Origin: Octopus bimaculoides
Taxonomy: Eukaryota
NCBI RefSeq assembly: GCF_001194135.2
Contig: NC_068996.1
Location: 6,530,175-6,594,174, forward strand
Direction of reading: 5' to 3'
Length of the DNA stretch: 64,000 nt
The notes beneath the pieces were generated by a model. That model was not told where the DNA came from and did not search any database. It saw only the letters and a list, made by a program, of their open reading frames with translations. The position numbers and the translations under genes are program-made. Of this stretch, positions 49,211 through 61,445 are shown one piece after another. Position 1 is the stretch's first letter, and each line of letters begins with the position of its first letter.

Positions 49211-50856
49211 ACTTGCTAACAGTCCTGTCAGCTTGCCACTTTTAAACACTAAAATATTGTTATTGAAAATAAAAATCCATTTCAACGATCATCTTAATCT
49301 TTTTTTGTTTTCCTTATAGAGAACAAGTTATATTTTACCACTTGAAAACTCAGTCATGAATTCATGAATAACTCCTTGATTTTTTTTTCCCCCCATTTCA
49401 CTTTATCCATTTTGTGAACCTTATTCTTTTCTGAAGCTTACCTGGCAAAGTCCTTTCTGAACCATTGCAAAATCAAAGAGAAGTAGAAGTCTATCAAAGT
49501 CATGCATTAATTTGCATCCATCCAAACAGCATCCAATCAATGCCATACCATGTCTGTGGCTCACAAAAAAAAAAACGTGAGTAAAAAAAACCCCACATTC
49601 AGGCAGTCATAAAGTGCCTTTTGAGTGGGTGCACTCATGCGTGCATCGCATGTTGTTCAGCAAAACAGATTGTGCTACCAAGCATATGATGATATAGTGC
49701 AGTAACTCTATATCTATAAAATATTTTGAAAGATATAAGAAACACCTTTGTTACTGCCTTGTGTACTTTTGGCTCTTGTATTTATAGTATACAATACTTT
49801 TAATTTTGTTACTTGAGTTATCAAATAAGTTTACTAACTTATAAAACAGTGTGTGCTTCATTTTTGCCTCTTCAGCAACAGCACGATATTTTTAGTATTC
49901 ACTCTCTCATTAGTTAAGCACATTAACTTTTGACAATTTGCTGTGCTTGAGAAGACATGCCAAGCTAAATAAAATCATGGCCATCCATACCTACAGGCAT
50001 GTCCTTTACAGCTATAACTCTGCTTCCCCTCCCACATGCATAATTCTGTTCTCTGGCAAAACTTACCCACAACCATCTCCCCAGACCCCCACCATCCAGT
50101 GTTGGACCCTCCAGTTCAACATCACTTGCTATCGATAAATATCTTCCCTCATACTCTTATGGTACACCTCCTCTGTTGCCTCCATGCTACTTATACTCCT
50201 CCCTATTCCCTGTGGGTAGGCCCTCTACCTCTCACTCTGTTTATCTTTCTCTCTCTCTCTCCTACCTCCCTCTGCTTCTTTGTTCTACTGGGGTAGCCAA
50301 GTATTTCCTCTGTAGAAAGACACCTGTGCCTGTTTCTCTACAATACTCCAACCTCTTGCCTGACACATGGTCACTTCTCTCAGTTCCTCTCCCTCTCTCA
50401 GCTGAAACATCCCTGTCTTACAAGCCACTTAGCAACCTCAAGGGTACTGGTGCGATGTAAAAGGTGCCCATGTTGGTACCAAGTAAAATGCACCCATGCT
50501 GGCACCACATAAAGCGCATCCATGCCAGTACCTTATAAAAAGCACTCCTGTTGGTGCCACATAAAAAGCACCCATGCTGGCAACATGTAAAAAGCACCCA
50601 TGCTAGCGCCACGTACACAAGAAAACCTGTGTCAGGGCCATGTAAAAAAGCACCTGTGTAGGCCCCATGTAAAAAAAAATACCAAGCTGATGCCAAGTAA
50701 AAAGCACCCATGCTGGCCTCACATAACAAGCACCAAGTACTCTCTGTAATGTGATTGGTGTTAGAAAGGGTATCCAGCCATAGAAATCATGCCAAACAGA
50801 TGACAGGGGCCTGATGTAGCTCTCTGGTTTGCCAGCTCCTGTAAAACTGTCGAACC

Positions 50857-51153
50857 GATTCTATATTTAAGAGATGAGGAATTATGTACATTATTTACAT
50901 TTGACAGGCATATGGCATAGTGGTTAAAAGCGCGGGCTACTAACCCCAAGATTCTGAGTTCAATTCCAGGTAGTAACCTGGATAATAATAACAATAATAA
51001 TAATAATAACATCGAAAATACCGTAGGAATGAGAACCCAGGTTTGAAGTTTCCCCACAACACCTGATGATGAAGGCTGGAGTGTATATCAGCCGAAACGT
51101 TGTGTTAACAACAAATAAGATGAGGACAAATATCTGTCAAATGTAAATAATGT
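50857..51153 (+). mobile_element. Short PLE-derived element (tRNA-like head + (AAT)n + hammerhead) with an inverted 5' tail piece
   Basis: Highly similar to the reverse complement of 751-1005; 20-bp inverted match 50888-50907 / 51134-51153; approximately 9-bp target duplication tgtcgaacc / tgtccaacc. Confidence 0.85.
51058..51106 (+). ncRNA. Hammerhead ribozyme motif with a 3-nt core duplication
   Basis: AACAC-CUGAUGA-UGAA-GGCUG-GAGUGUAUAU-CAGCC-GAAA-CGUU-GUGUU. Confidence 0.65.
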
Positions 51154-51605
51154 CCAACCAATGCTAGCATGGAATGTGGACATTAAAAAAATGATGATAA
51201 TGATCACCATCATCATCATCATCATCATCATCTGGTGAATTCAGCCAATATTGAACAAAACAAAGTCTATACAATATTCCACAGACACCTAAGTATAAAT
51301 ATATGACTCACAGGGTGACATTCAATCAACATTCAGTTTGGTTAATATCATGTTTCTATGAATGTATCTAGGGTGTCGAAAGATTCATGACTGTGTATAT
51401 AGGTTGAAAATCCTTTATCCAAAATCCCAAAATCTGATACCCACCAGATCAGAAAGTTTTTGGGATGTTAGTGGATTTTATATATAGGATACTGATAAGT
51501 TGCTAAACTTTGCAGCTGACTGTGATATTTGCAATGACATACCTTCTCTCTCAAGTTTCTCAAACCTGATGTAGTTCTTATGTCTGGGTCTGTAGATATC
51601 TTCGT

Positions 51606-51983
51606 CTTTGTAAGCAGCAATCTCCAAGCTTTTTATTTATTTTTTTTTTTTGTTCTTTCTTTGTACACAAAGTGCATGAGATCTGAACGTCATCTCCATG
51701 TTTGAGTGTAACAATCAAATGTCATTTCTTGTACATTGCTTTAAAATACTTAGGCAGCATGCTGGCAGAATCGGTAGCACACCGGGCGANNNNNNNNNNC
51801 TTTGTAAGCAGCAATCTCCAAGCTTTTTATTTATTTTTTTTTTTTGTTCTTTCTTTGTACACAAAGTGCATGAGATCTGAACGTCATCTCCATGTTTGAG
51901 TGTAACAATCAAATGTCATTTCTTGTACATTGCTTTAAAATACTTAGGCAGCATGCTGGCAGAATCGGTAGCACACCGGGCGA
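51606..51983. repeat. 184-bp exact duplication across a 10-N gap (likely unmerged contig overlap)
   Basis: 51606-51789 matches 51800-51983. Confidence 0.9.
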
Positions 51984-52966
51984 AACGCTCAGCAGTATTT
52001 CATCTGTCTTTATGTTCTGAGTTCAAATTCCACTGAGGTTGACTTTGCCTTTCATCCTTTCGGGGCTGATAAATTAAGAACCACTTGCGTACTGAGGTCA
52101 ATTAAATTGACTGGACCCTTCCGTCAAAATTTCGAGCCTTATGCCTAGAGTAGAAGGATTATTTTAAAATACATTTTTTTTCCTTTTCTTGATTTCTAAT
52201 CATGTTCATTGTTTTTCTGTTTTTTTTTTTTTTTTTTACCTTACTTGAAACCCAATACCTGTATAGCAAAAAAAAAAAANNNNNNNNNNATGTACTATAA
52301 ACTATGACCTCATTGGTAGAAAATGACACTTCCCATTTCTGGTGGTATTTTATCTTTTACTTGTTTCAGTCATTAGACCGTGGCCATGCTGGGGCACCAC
52401 CTCGAATTTTTAATCGATTGAATTGACCCTGGTACTTATTTTTTTAAAGCCTGACACTTTGTTGTGATTTTATGTAATCATGTAGATTGTAGAAAAGCTT
52501 TCTGATGTATTTTATAGTTCTCAGATACAGCCGTTTGATTACTTAAAATAACCATAGATTTTGAACCCATTTCATCTAACTTTGTGCATTTGAATTATAA
52601 TAAAGTGTCATTAGAATATCAAATGGAAAGTAAAAATGAGTGAATTCAATATTAATCAGGTGAATATATCGGTTCCTTTGTTTAAATATGTAGACCCTTC
52701 TTTTGTTTGAGTATGTGGACTTGTGCCGGATATTAATATTGTATATTTGTATCTTACTGAATAAATTAAAGTGTGTATATTGTTTTCAAGAGCTGGTTGA
52801 ATTATAAGCAAATCAAAGCCTAAATGAACGGCTTTCTTTTTTGAAGTGTCAGTATACTTCACACTTATTCTTTCAGTCTCTGTTGCTGAACAACTAAGTT
52901 ATGGAGATGTAAACACACCAACACTGGTGTTTGCTTTAAGTGTTTACTTTAATTCACTGATATAAT

Positions 52967-53280
52967 CATCATCATCATCACCGTCGTTTAACGTCTGCTT
53001 TCCATGCTAGCATGGGTTGGACGATTTGACTGAGGACTGGTGAAACCGGATGGCTACACCAGGCTCCAATCTGATCTGGCAGAGTTTCTACAGCTGGATG
53101 CCCTTCCTAACGCCAACCACTCAGAGAGTGTAGTGGGTGCTTTTTACGTGCCACCGGCACAAAGGCCAATCAGGCGGTACTGGCAACGGCCATGCTCAAA
53201 ATGGTGTATTTTATGTTCCACCCGCACAAGAGCCAGTCCAGGGGCACTGGCAACGATCTCGCTCGAAAGTCCTTATACAT
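52967..53280 (-). mobile_element. Young RTE 3' end
   Basis: (CAT)n tail and 3' UTR subrepeats. Confidence 0.9.
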
Positions 53281-53429
53281 GCTGCGGGCACAATATATGC
53301 ATATATATGTACGTGCTGTGCATGCGTATGTACATGTGGATAAACTTGCTCTTGTGGGTGTACATATCATGGTAGAAAACAAAACAAATGTATATATTTC
53401 ATTACTGTTTATGTGAGCATGTGTGTATA

Positions 53430-53754
53430 CATGATCTGATCAATAAGTATCCAAACTGTTGCCATAGTAACGGAGCTAAAGCATGTGCCAAGTGAAGCCA
53501 CTTGGCACAGATTGACCTTGAACTCTGCTGTGCATGTGGACTAAGTTTTAATGTTCTAGCTCACCTCTGCTAGATCGCACGCTACACATGTTCCTTCCAA
53601 GCACTTCTGTAAACAGCAGAAGTCAGTTAGAATGTTAAAACTTAGTGCTCATGCACAGCAGAGTTCAAGGTCAATCTTTGCCAAGCAGTTTCACTTTGCA
53701 TGCTTCAGCTTCATTACTATGACAGCAGTCTGGGTACTTATTGATCAGACCCCA
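53430..53754. mobile_element. Mariner-type MITE with inverted repeats of about 130 bp and TA target duplication
   Basis: TA|CATGATCTGATCAATAAGTATCC ... GGGTACTTATTGATCAGACCCCA|TA; arms about 80% matching. Confidence 0.88.
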
Positions 53755-53758
53755 TATA

Positions 53759-53956
53759 CAAGGTGGTGCTGAAAAGTTCCTGGCTTTGGGCAAAAGAAAA
53801 TACAGGAGAATCAGTTGTGATTTTATTCAACATATGCTCTTCTCAGATTCACACACTTATTGCAGCGGCCTTTCAGTTTTTCTAAACCCTGTAAAGAAAC
53901 TCGAAAGGTTGGGCCTCCAGCCTGGCCTTTTGTGATATCTTTAAAACCAGAAACTT
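53759..53956. mobile_element. Second mariner-type MITE directly adjacent, right end truncated
   Basis: TA|CAAGGTGGTGCTGAAAAGTTCCTGGCT; partial partner aaaccagaaactt. Confidence 0.75.
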
Positions 53957-54179
53957 GTGACTGTGTGATTGTGTGCATATGTTCGCCCAAGAGCCTCAAA
54001 TGGAGAGTCTCAGAAATGTTTTACAAAGTTTTCTCTGTACCTCTTAGCAATTATATCTGAAGAATGTGGATCAGTCTGTTCTGTTCTTTTCTTGTGGGGA
54101 AACCCATGCATTTCTAGGTTTCTATGCAGCTCTGTTGTAACCCAATGCACCTATAACAATGGGAACAAATTAAGTGGAA

Positions 54180-54600
54180 AACACATGGAAGTGGAAGGCC
54201 CAGGAAGGCATGAGATGAAGTACTGAAAAACAACCTTAGGATGCTGAACCTTTCAGGTGAGATGACAAAGGACCGAAATGCCTAGCACCTTACTGTACTC
54301 CACAGCAGAAGTGTTAAGACTGGTTCCTCTGGCGGTGTAAGGCACTCATGGTGGTGCCATTTAGAAGCTCCCATGTGGCACCATGTAAAAGCACTCATGC
54401 AGTGTCACATAAAATTACCTGTGCAGTGTTACGTAAAAACACCCAGCACACTCTATAAAGTGGTTGGTGTTAGAAAGGGCATCCAGGAGTAGAAACTATA
54501 CCAAATCAGACTGGATTGCAGCTCCCCAGCTTGCCAGCCCTGGTCAAACTGTCCAACCCATGCCAGCATGGACAACAAATGTTAAATGATGATGATGGTA
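54180..54600 (+). mobile_element. Older RTE 3' end
   Basis: HGSGRPRKA..LRMLNLSGEMTKDRN, subrepeats, tail running into (GAT/GGT)n. Confidence 0.75.
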
Positions 54601-55542
54601 GTGGTGGAGGTGGTGGTGGCAGTGGCAGTGGTGGCAGCGGTGGCAGCAGCAGCAGCAACGATGACGATGACAATGATGGATGTATGTATGTATGTATAAT
54701 CATTGTCATTTAATGTCCGCCTTCCATGCTGGCATTTGTGTATGAGCATATATATGTCTATATACATCCATATCTATATATATATAAATATATATGTTTG
54801 TTTTGTGTGTGTGTTATGTATCTATATGTATCCATCTGCATATCTGTCTGTATGACTGTGTATCTGTCTGTCTATATGTATGTGTATGTATGTTTGTATG
54901 TATGTATGTATGTATGTATGTGTGTATGTATGTAAGTAAGAATATATATGCAGTACCCTGGACAAACGTCTTGTACTGTAGCCTCTGATCCTTTATGCTA
55001 ATGAGCTTGTAATCATTCACATAATGGTTATATGTGTTCATGTTGATACCATATTAATATTCTCAAAAATACATCTTTCAAAATCAACAGTGCAGGAAAT
55101 TCCAACAGCTTAAGCTCTCCTTTCTGTTCCTAAAACTTTTTTTCATTCTAAAACCTTATTTTGTTCTCCCTTTATGTCTTTCTCTTCCAATTAATCATAT
55201 GCCTTAATCATTATTTATTTATTTATCATTTTATTCATCTAAATTAATACTATAATAGTCAACCTATCCTTCTTCAGACAGTTGTTCTGTCTTAGGACCC
55301 ATATCTTCCTTTGAAGCCCAATTTCTTTGATAAACCTATTTTATTATTTATTTTTAGTTCTTCTGATTCTTTGAATTTCTATTTTCTTAATTAAAATTCT
55401 TTTTTGACTTTGTTGTGTTTATCTTCTGTTTCTCTCTCTGGATTTGTAACTGATCTCTGGTTATTGCTCTCTTAAAGCAAATCATAAATGGTAACCTGCT
55501 GAGTACATCTATCATCTTTGGATATGTACTGTGTCCCCTTAC

Positions 55543-55584
55543 TCTCTATCATAAAGTTGATGTTTGAGATTACCATGAACCGTT
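55543..55584 (-). CDS. Candidate 42-nt exon of gene B
   Basis: Acceptor gactgatcttcag, donor AGA|GTAAGG; TVHGNLKHQLYDR (phase 2/2) or RFMVISNINFMIE (phase 1/1). Confidence 0.3.
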
Positions 55585-55769
55585 CTGAAGATCAGTCAGT
55601 TAGTTTACCACTTAGCACACTTGTGTGTTTGGGTGCACACACACATATGTATATCTATATGTATATTTTATATTGAAGCTCAGATGTCTGGCAAGTGACT
55701 TGGTAGACACCCACAAGATTATCCATCATCTTTCCAACAATAGCCTTGGTCTCCTTTTTTGAATTTCAT

Positions 55770-55940
55770 ATCTAATAACCATGGACATGCTTACAAAATC
55801 AAAAATTAACACAGTGTCCATGACTTTTGGAAACATTTTTTCGCAGTTAGAATTGCTGAAGTATGGAATAAACTACCTGCATCAGTTGCTAGCTGTCTAG
55901 ACCCTATATCTTTCAAAACTTCCATGCTGGTGATCCTTCG
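55770..55940 (+). mobile_element. CR1/L2-type LINE 3' relic
   Basis: ..HFF.LRIAEVWNKLPASVASCLDPISFKTSML resembles the CR1 C-terminal FF..RV...WN.LP motif. Confidence 0.65.
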
Positions 55941-57334
55941 GTAGTAGTCCTAGAAATGTCATTTAGACCACGTGTGTTTATTTACATCACTTCGGCATTT
56001 TCCATAAAAAGTGTTGAGTTAGGGAAGTGGGAAAGGATGCGAAAGAAATAGAGAGAGCACGATTTCTTTTGAAGTTGGCATGCTACTTACCACAGTGGTT
56101 GTGGTAAGCAGCAAACAACAATCATAAACAAAAAAAAAACATACCTTCTCTCTCTCTCTCTAAAGAAATAAAAATATAAGATTTCAGCTTTCAAATGACA
56201 TATGAANNNNNNNNNNNNNNNNNNNNNNNNNNNNNNNNNNNNNNNNNNNNNNNNNNNNNNNNNNNNNNNNNNNNNNNNNNNNNNNNNNNNNNNNNNNNNN
56301 NNNNNNNNNNNNNNNNNNNNNNNNNNNNNNNNNNNNNNNNNNNNNNNNNNNNNNNNNNNNNNNNNNNNNNNNNNNNNNNNNNNNNNNNNNNNNNNNNNNN
56401 NNNNNNNNNNNNNNNNNNNNNNNNNNNNNNNNNNNNNNNNNNNNNNNNNNNNNNNNNNNNNNNNNNNNNNNNNNNNNNNNNNNNNNNNNNNNNNNNNNNN
56501 NNNNNNNNNNNNNNNNNNNNNNNNNNNNNNNNNNNNNNNNNNNNNNNNNNNNNNNNNNNNNNNNNNNNNNNNNNNNNNNNNNNNNNNNNNNNNNNNNNNN
56601 NNNNNNNNNNNNNNNNNNNNNNNNNNNNNNNNNNNNNNNNNNNNNNNNNNNNNNNNNNNNNNNNNNNNNNNNNNNNNNNNNNNNNNNNNNNNNNNNNNNN
56701 NNNNNNNNNNNNNNNNNNNNNNNNNNNNNNNNNNNNNNNNNNNNNNNNNNNNNNNNNNNNNNNNNNNNNNNNNNNNNNNNNNNNNNNNNNNNNNNNNNNN
56801 NNNNNNNNNNNNNNNNNNNNNNNNNNNNNNNNNNNNNNNNNNNNNNNNNNNNNNNNNNNNNNNNNNNNNNNNNNNNNNNNNNNNNNNNNNNNNNNNNNNN
56901 NNNNNNNNNNNNNNNNNNNNNNNNNNNNNNNNNNNNNNNNNNNNNNNNNNNNNNNNNNNNNNNNNNNNNNNNNNNNNNNNNNNNNNNNNNNNNNNNNNNN
57001 NNNNNNNNNNNNNNNNNNNNNNNNNNNNNNNNNNNNNNNNNNNNNNNNNNNNNNNNNNNNNNNNNNNNNNNNNNNNNNNNNNNNNNNNNNNNNNNNNNNN
57101 NNNNNNNNNNNNNNNNNNNNNNNNNNNNNNNNNNNNNNNNNNNNNNNNNNNNNNNNNNNNNNNNNNNNNNNNNNNNNNNNNNNAGTAATAACGGTGAGAG
57201 GCGAAGGACGAGTAACAAGAGATAGAGAGAGAGAGAGAAGTAGTGACAGGTAGAGGTGAAGAACAGTAGAGAGAAGAATGAGAGGGGGAGATAGAAATAG
57301 AGAGAGTCGCGTTAGAAAAAGAGTTAAAACTTAC

Positions 57335-57375
57335 TGTATAAAGGTAACGCGTGCGTTCTGTCGTGATACAAACAA
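57335..57375 (-). promoter_or_regulatory. Candidate first exon / promoter of gene B
   Basis: Perfect donor ACA|GTAAGT at 57335 within a CpG-rich patch (gtcgcg, acgcgtgcg). Confidence 0.3.
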
Positions 57376-58439
57376 TATATGAGTATATGCATATATATGT
57401 ACATGTATGTATATACGTTCATCTACATGTACATATAGATACATAACTGGGTACACACACACACACACACACACACATATATGTAAACACATATACACAG
57501 TACTTCAAGAACTTAGTTTTCCCAAGTTGGGTGGAGGTTTTCAGAACTGCATAACGTCAGTAATCCTAGTTCCTTGTCATCTCTTCAATGAGTTTCAATG
57601 TCCTGAGAGCAGCCTTCATGTTCATTTCATGGTTTATGTAACAGCCACATTGAGGATGATTAGAATGAACAAGAGAGGAACATGTATTGACTGTATCTGT
57701 ATGAAAAGAGTATAGAATTAGTAGATTCAGAAGAGCAACAGCTGGTCTCTTAGTCTTAGCAAATGTGACAGAGAGCAAACATGAAAATCAACAACTGGGG
57801 GGGGGGGGAATATATTGGAAATGAATGTTTGTAATGAATCGGTGCAACTAATAATAAATGTTCAGTATCGTTAAAAAGAAAAAACAAAAAAATTATGCAC
57901 TGTAAATTTGTGGAGTTAAATAAGTTATATATTGACCTAATTAGTGAATATAGAATATTTTGAATCAATGAGGGCAACTTCTATACAGTTACTCAATCTG
58001 CTAGAAATAGCAGTCAAAATTTCTTTCAAATTCAAATAACAATCCTGCTCTTTGAAAAAGGGGAAGGAGAAACTTTTTTTTTGATAGTATATCAAAGAGA
58101 TATATTGTCTAAAAAAAAAGCATGTGGTGGTCATGGCTGAATAGCCTTTGATTATAGATTACAGATCTGTTCAATCGTGCTTCACATAGGTCTAAGCAAC
58201 AATAATACTATTCTTGCTGTTGTTGTTGCTACTTCTACCATGATTACTACTAGATGATGGCAATACTACCACTACCATAAAATTCAATCTTTTTTATTTT
58301 GCAACTCTTAAGTGCATTTTTCTCCATATTTTGTTCACTTGCTTGTTGCCTGCTCCATGTGCCCTTGCTCTACATGCAGATTTTCATTTTACTTCCAACT
58401 TTGAGCTGCAACTTGTTCTTGCCTATCATCTACTCCCTT

Positions 58440-59510
58440 CCAAAAGAGAAAATCTCCAAAGAGAAGATTTAGGAAGATACTCCAATGAAATTAAATGGAG
58501 GGAATGTTATTAAAGCAATGAATATTTGGACTTTACCAGAATTAAGATATTCTGCTCTTTTTCCTAAAACGAACAAAGACAGAGCTAGAGTTAAATACAG
58601 AAGATGCCATTTGTACTGTGATACTGAGTTTGAAAAACTATGTTGTGTGTAGTGAAGAAAGAATGCTACCTGCAACCAGAGATATCTGAAAAGTTACTGG
58701 AATTGTAGGAGAATTCAAGAATAGAAAGAGGAACAACAGAACAAGTAGCTGGAAAGAGAAGGAATTACATGGCCAATTCATGCAATGAGCTGAGGATGTC
58801 AGAAGTAAAAAACACTAGTTGTGGCTGACAGATGGAAACCTGAAATAAGAAACTGAGTAGTTGATTATAGCAGCCCAGGAACAAATCATTAGAAATAATT
58901 TCATAAGGACAAAGACTAATAAAACTCAGTTAAAGAGCTAATGGAAAATGTATGAAAAAAGGAAGAGGGGATGAAAGTATTAACCATCTAAGTGAATGCA
59001 ATAAGCTAGCATGAAAAGAGTATAAGCACAAACATGACTGAATCAGTAAAAAAGTACATTGGAATGTTAGCTAAGTTTGTGATTTCAAGGTGATAGAAAA
59101 ATTGTACAAACATGAGCCTGAGGCTGTGATGGTGAATGATAATAACAGGATTTTAAAAAGATTATTCAAAGAGACTGACCATATTATTGTAGGAAGGAGA
59201 CCACATATGCCTGTAGAGGACAGAAAACATAAACAGAATAAGACCATAGAATTTTCCATACCACATGTTAGTGGAGTGAAGATAAAGGAAATTGAGAACG
59301 CTGAGATATATCAAGACCCAGCCAGACACAGATCAGAAAATATAATGGTGAAAATTGTTCTTGTGGTGGTTTATGCACTTGGAACAACACCCAAACTACT
59401 ACATAGGTGACTAAAGATTATTGGAATTGGTACATATATTGTTGACCTGCAAGAAAGTGTCAATTTGTATTCAGCAAGAATCCTAAGAAAGATTTGTGAG
59501 ATTTGAGGGG
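58440..59510 (+). mobile_element. R4/Dong-like non-LTR relic (RT end, CCHC region, restriction-like endonuclease)
   Basis: KLNGGNVIKAMNIW, NHLSECNKLA.KEYKHKHD, LYKHEPEAVM, VVVYALGT..LQESV.LYSARILRK; followed by (AAT)n. Confidence 0.8.
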
Positions 59511-59570
59511 GTTTGCTGTCACCAAACCTTAGTATTTGCTGCTAATTAAATCCACATATAATAACTTTTA

Positions 59571-59614
<44 letters not shown>

Positions 59615-59615
<1 letters not shown>

Positions 59616-60145
59616 CCTTTCTACTAAAGGCACAAAGCCTGAAATTTGGGGGGAGGGGACTACATTGATCCCAGTGTTTCACTGGTACTTAATTTATCAG
59701 CCCCTGAAAGGGTGAAAGGCAAAGTCGACTTCAGTGGAATTTGAACACGGGGGAGGATTAAGTCAATTACATTGAGCCCAGTGAACTGCTGGTATATATT
59801 TTATCAACTCTGAAAGTATGAAAGGCAAAGCCAACCCTAACTGCATTTGAACTCAGAATGCAGTCTGAAGAGATGCCACAAAGCATTTAATCTGGTGCAG
59901 TAACAATTCTATAAGCTTGCACTTTAATAATAATAAAAATCCCTTCTGCTATAAGACACAAGGTCTGAAATTTTGGGTGAAAGGACTTGTCAATTATATT
60001 AACCCCAATGCTCAAGTGGTACTTATTTCATTGGCTCTGAAAAAAGATAAAAGACTAAATCAACCTTGGTAGTATTTGAACCCAGAACATAAAAGTAGAT
60101 AAAATGCCATTAAGCATTTTGTTCAGCATGCTAAAGATTCAGCCA
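59615..60145 (-). mobile_element. Train of three SINE family C copies
   Basis: Head-to-tail minus-strand copies next to (AAT)n. Confidence 0.75.
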
Positions 60146-60469
60146 GAATAATACATGTGTGTGTGTGTGTGTGTGTTTGTGTGTGTTTGTGTGTGTGTGT
60201 GCGTGCGTGCGTGTGTTTGTGTGTACTCTTGTGTTGACATCATGTGATGGCTATAAATGAACATGACTCATACAAATGATGTTCGTCTCCTGTCTCCTGT
60301 GAGAAATATGTCTGGCCATGGGAAATATCATCTTGCTTGGAAACAGGTAAAGGTTAGTGACAGAAAGAGCATCAAGCTGTAGAAAATTTTACACAATGAA
60401 TTCCATCTGGCCCATGCCAGCATGAAACAGTGAACATTAAGTGAGTATTATCATTACTATTTTTCTTTT

Positions 60470-61000
60470 TGTAACTCAGATTTTGTTGGAATACCTGGAG
60501 TCTTGCATGCATAACAGGCTTTCTCCCTTCAGCCTATGGTACCATGCTATCTGTTCTTTACAATTATCTAATACATTTTTGATTATTCTGGCTGTGCCAG
60601 GGAGGCAAAGCTTCTGTAAAAGCTCTACTGGGTACTCTATTTTGGTTTCATTTATATTCCTCCTGATGTCTTCTGATACTATTCCCAAGGACCCGACAAT
60701 AATTGGCACTATCTTCACCTTCATTTTCCATATTCAGACTATCTTGTATTTAAGAGGATTGTATATGTCTATTTTTTTAATCTTCCGTTTTGATTATTTG
60801 TGGGTCAAAGAGGTAACATCAATTATGTAGCACATATGGTTCACCTTGTCCACCACCACTAAGTCTGGCTTGTACTGTAGCACCTGGTCTGCTCGGAATA
60901 AGAAATCCCACAGAATTTTGTAGGTCTCTGACTCCTCAGAACTCTCAATTTCACTTGCTTCTACTAATTCTGTAAGAGTGGACAACAATCTGTTGTTAAG
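60470..61000 (-). mobile_element. R4/Dong-like endonuclease-end relic
   Basis: YKILWDFLFRADQVLQYKPDLVVVDKVNHMCYIIDV; VKIVPIIVGSLG..LLQKLCLPGTARIIKNVL. Confidence 0.8.
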
Positions 61001-61009
61001 GTTTCACAG

Positions 61010-61445
61010 AATCTTCTTCCACAATATGGAACATCCAAATACCAATCTAAGCATATTCTACCCTGAGGTTCTTCCCAATTTCTCCAACAATTTTTTCAAA
61101 CCTGGTTGTTAATGCTCCTAGTGCCCCTACAACTACTGGGATAATAGTTTCTTTCTTCATTTCCCTCATTCATGCAATCTCATCTTTTACTGGCTTGTAC
61201 TTCTCTATCTTATACATCCCCAGGTATAGCAATATCTATGATCTTGGTTTCCTTCAACATTTTATTTACTACAACAATGTCTGGTCTCTGAGTATGAATC
61301 ACTGAAACACACTAGATTCTAAGATCTTATATCTGTTATTCTCAGTGATGCCTTCTGGTTTATATTTGTACCATTTCAATGTCTTTTCAAGACTGTACTT
61401 CTTTCACAATTTTCAATAAACATACTTAGCTATGTTGTTATACTA
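61010..61445 (-). mobile_element. Third R4/Dong-like relic
   Basis: KWYKYKPEGITENNRYKIL, RPDIVVVNK..TKIIDIAIPGD, IPVVVGALG. Confidence 0.75.

Larger units (their letters stand above)
49938..51232 (+). mobile_element. Older RTE 3' region with minisatellite, interrupted by the PLE-derived insert
   Basis: gctgtgcttgagaagac ORF end, array of about 22-nt units at 50450-50720, and tail split at tgtc(g/c)aacc. Confidence 0.7.

Noticed and set aside
50450-50720. CRISPR-like array
   Set aside because: No unique spacers, eukaryotic context, and units are degenerate tandem copies within a LINE UTR.
51606-51983. Tandem duplication as a real rearrangement
   Set aside because: Identical copies flank a 10-N gap, most likely an unmerged contig overlap.
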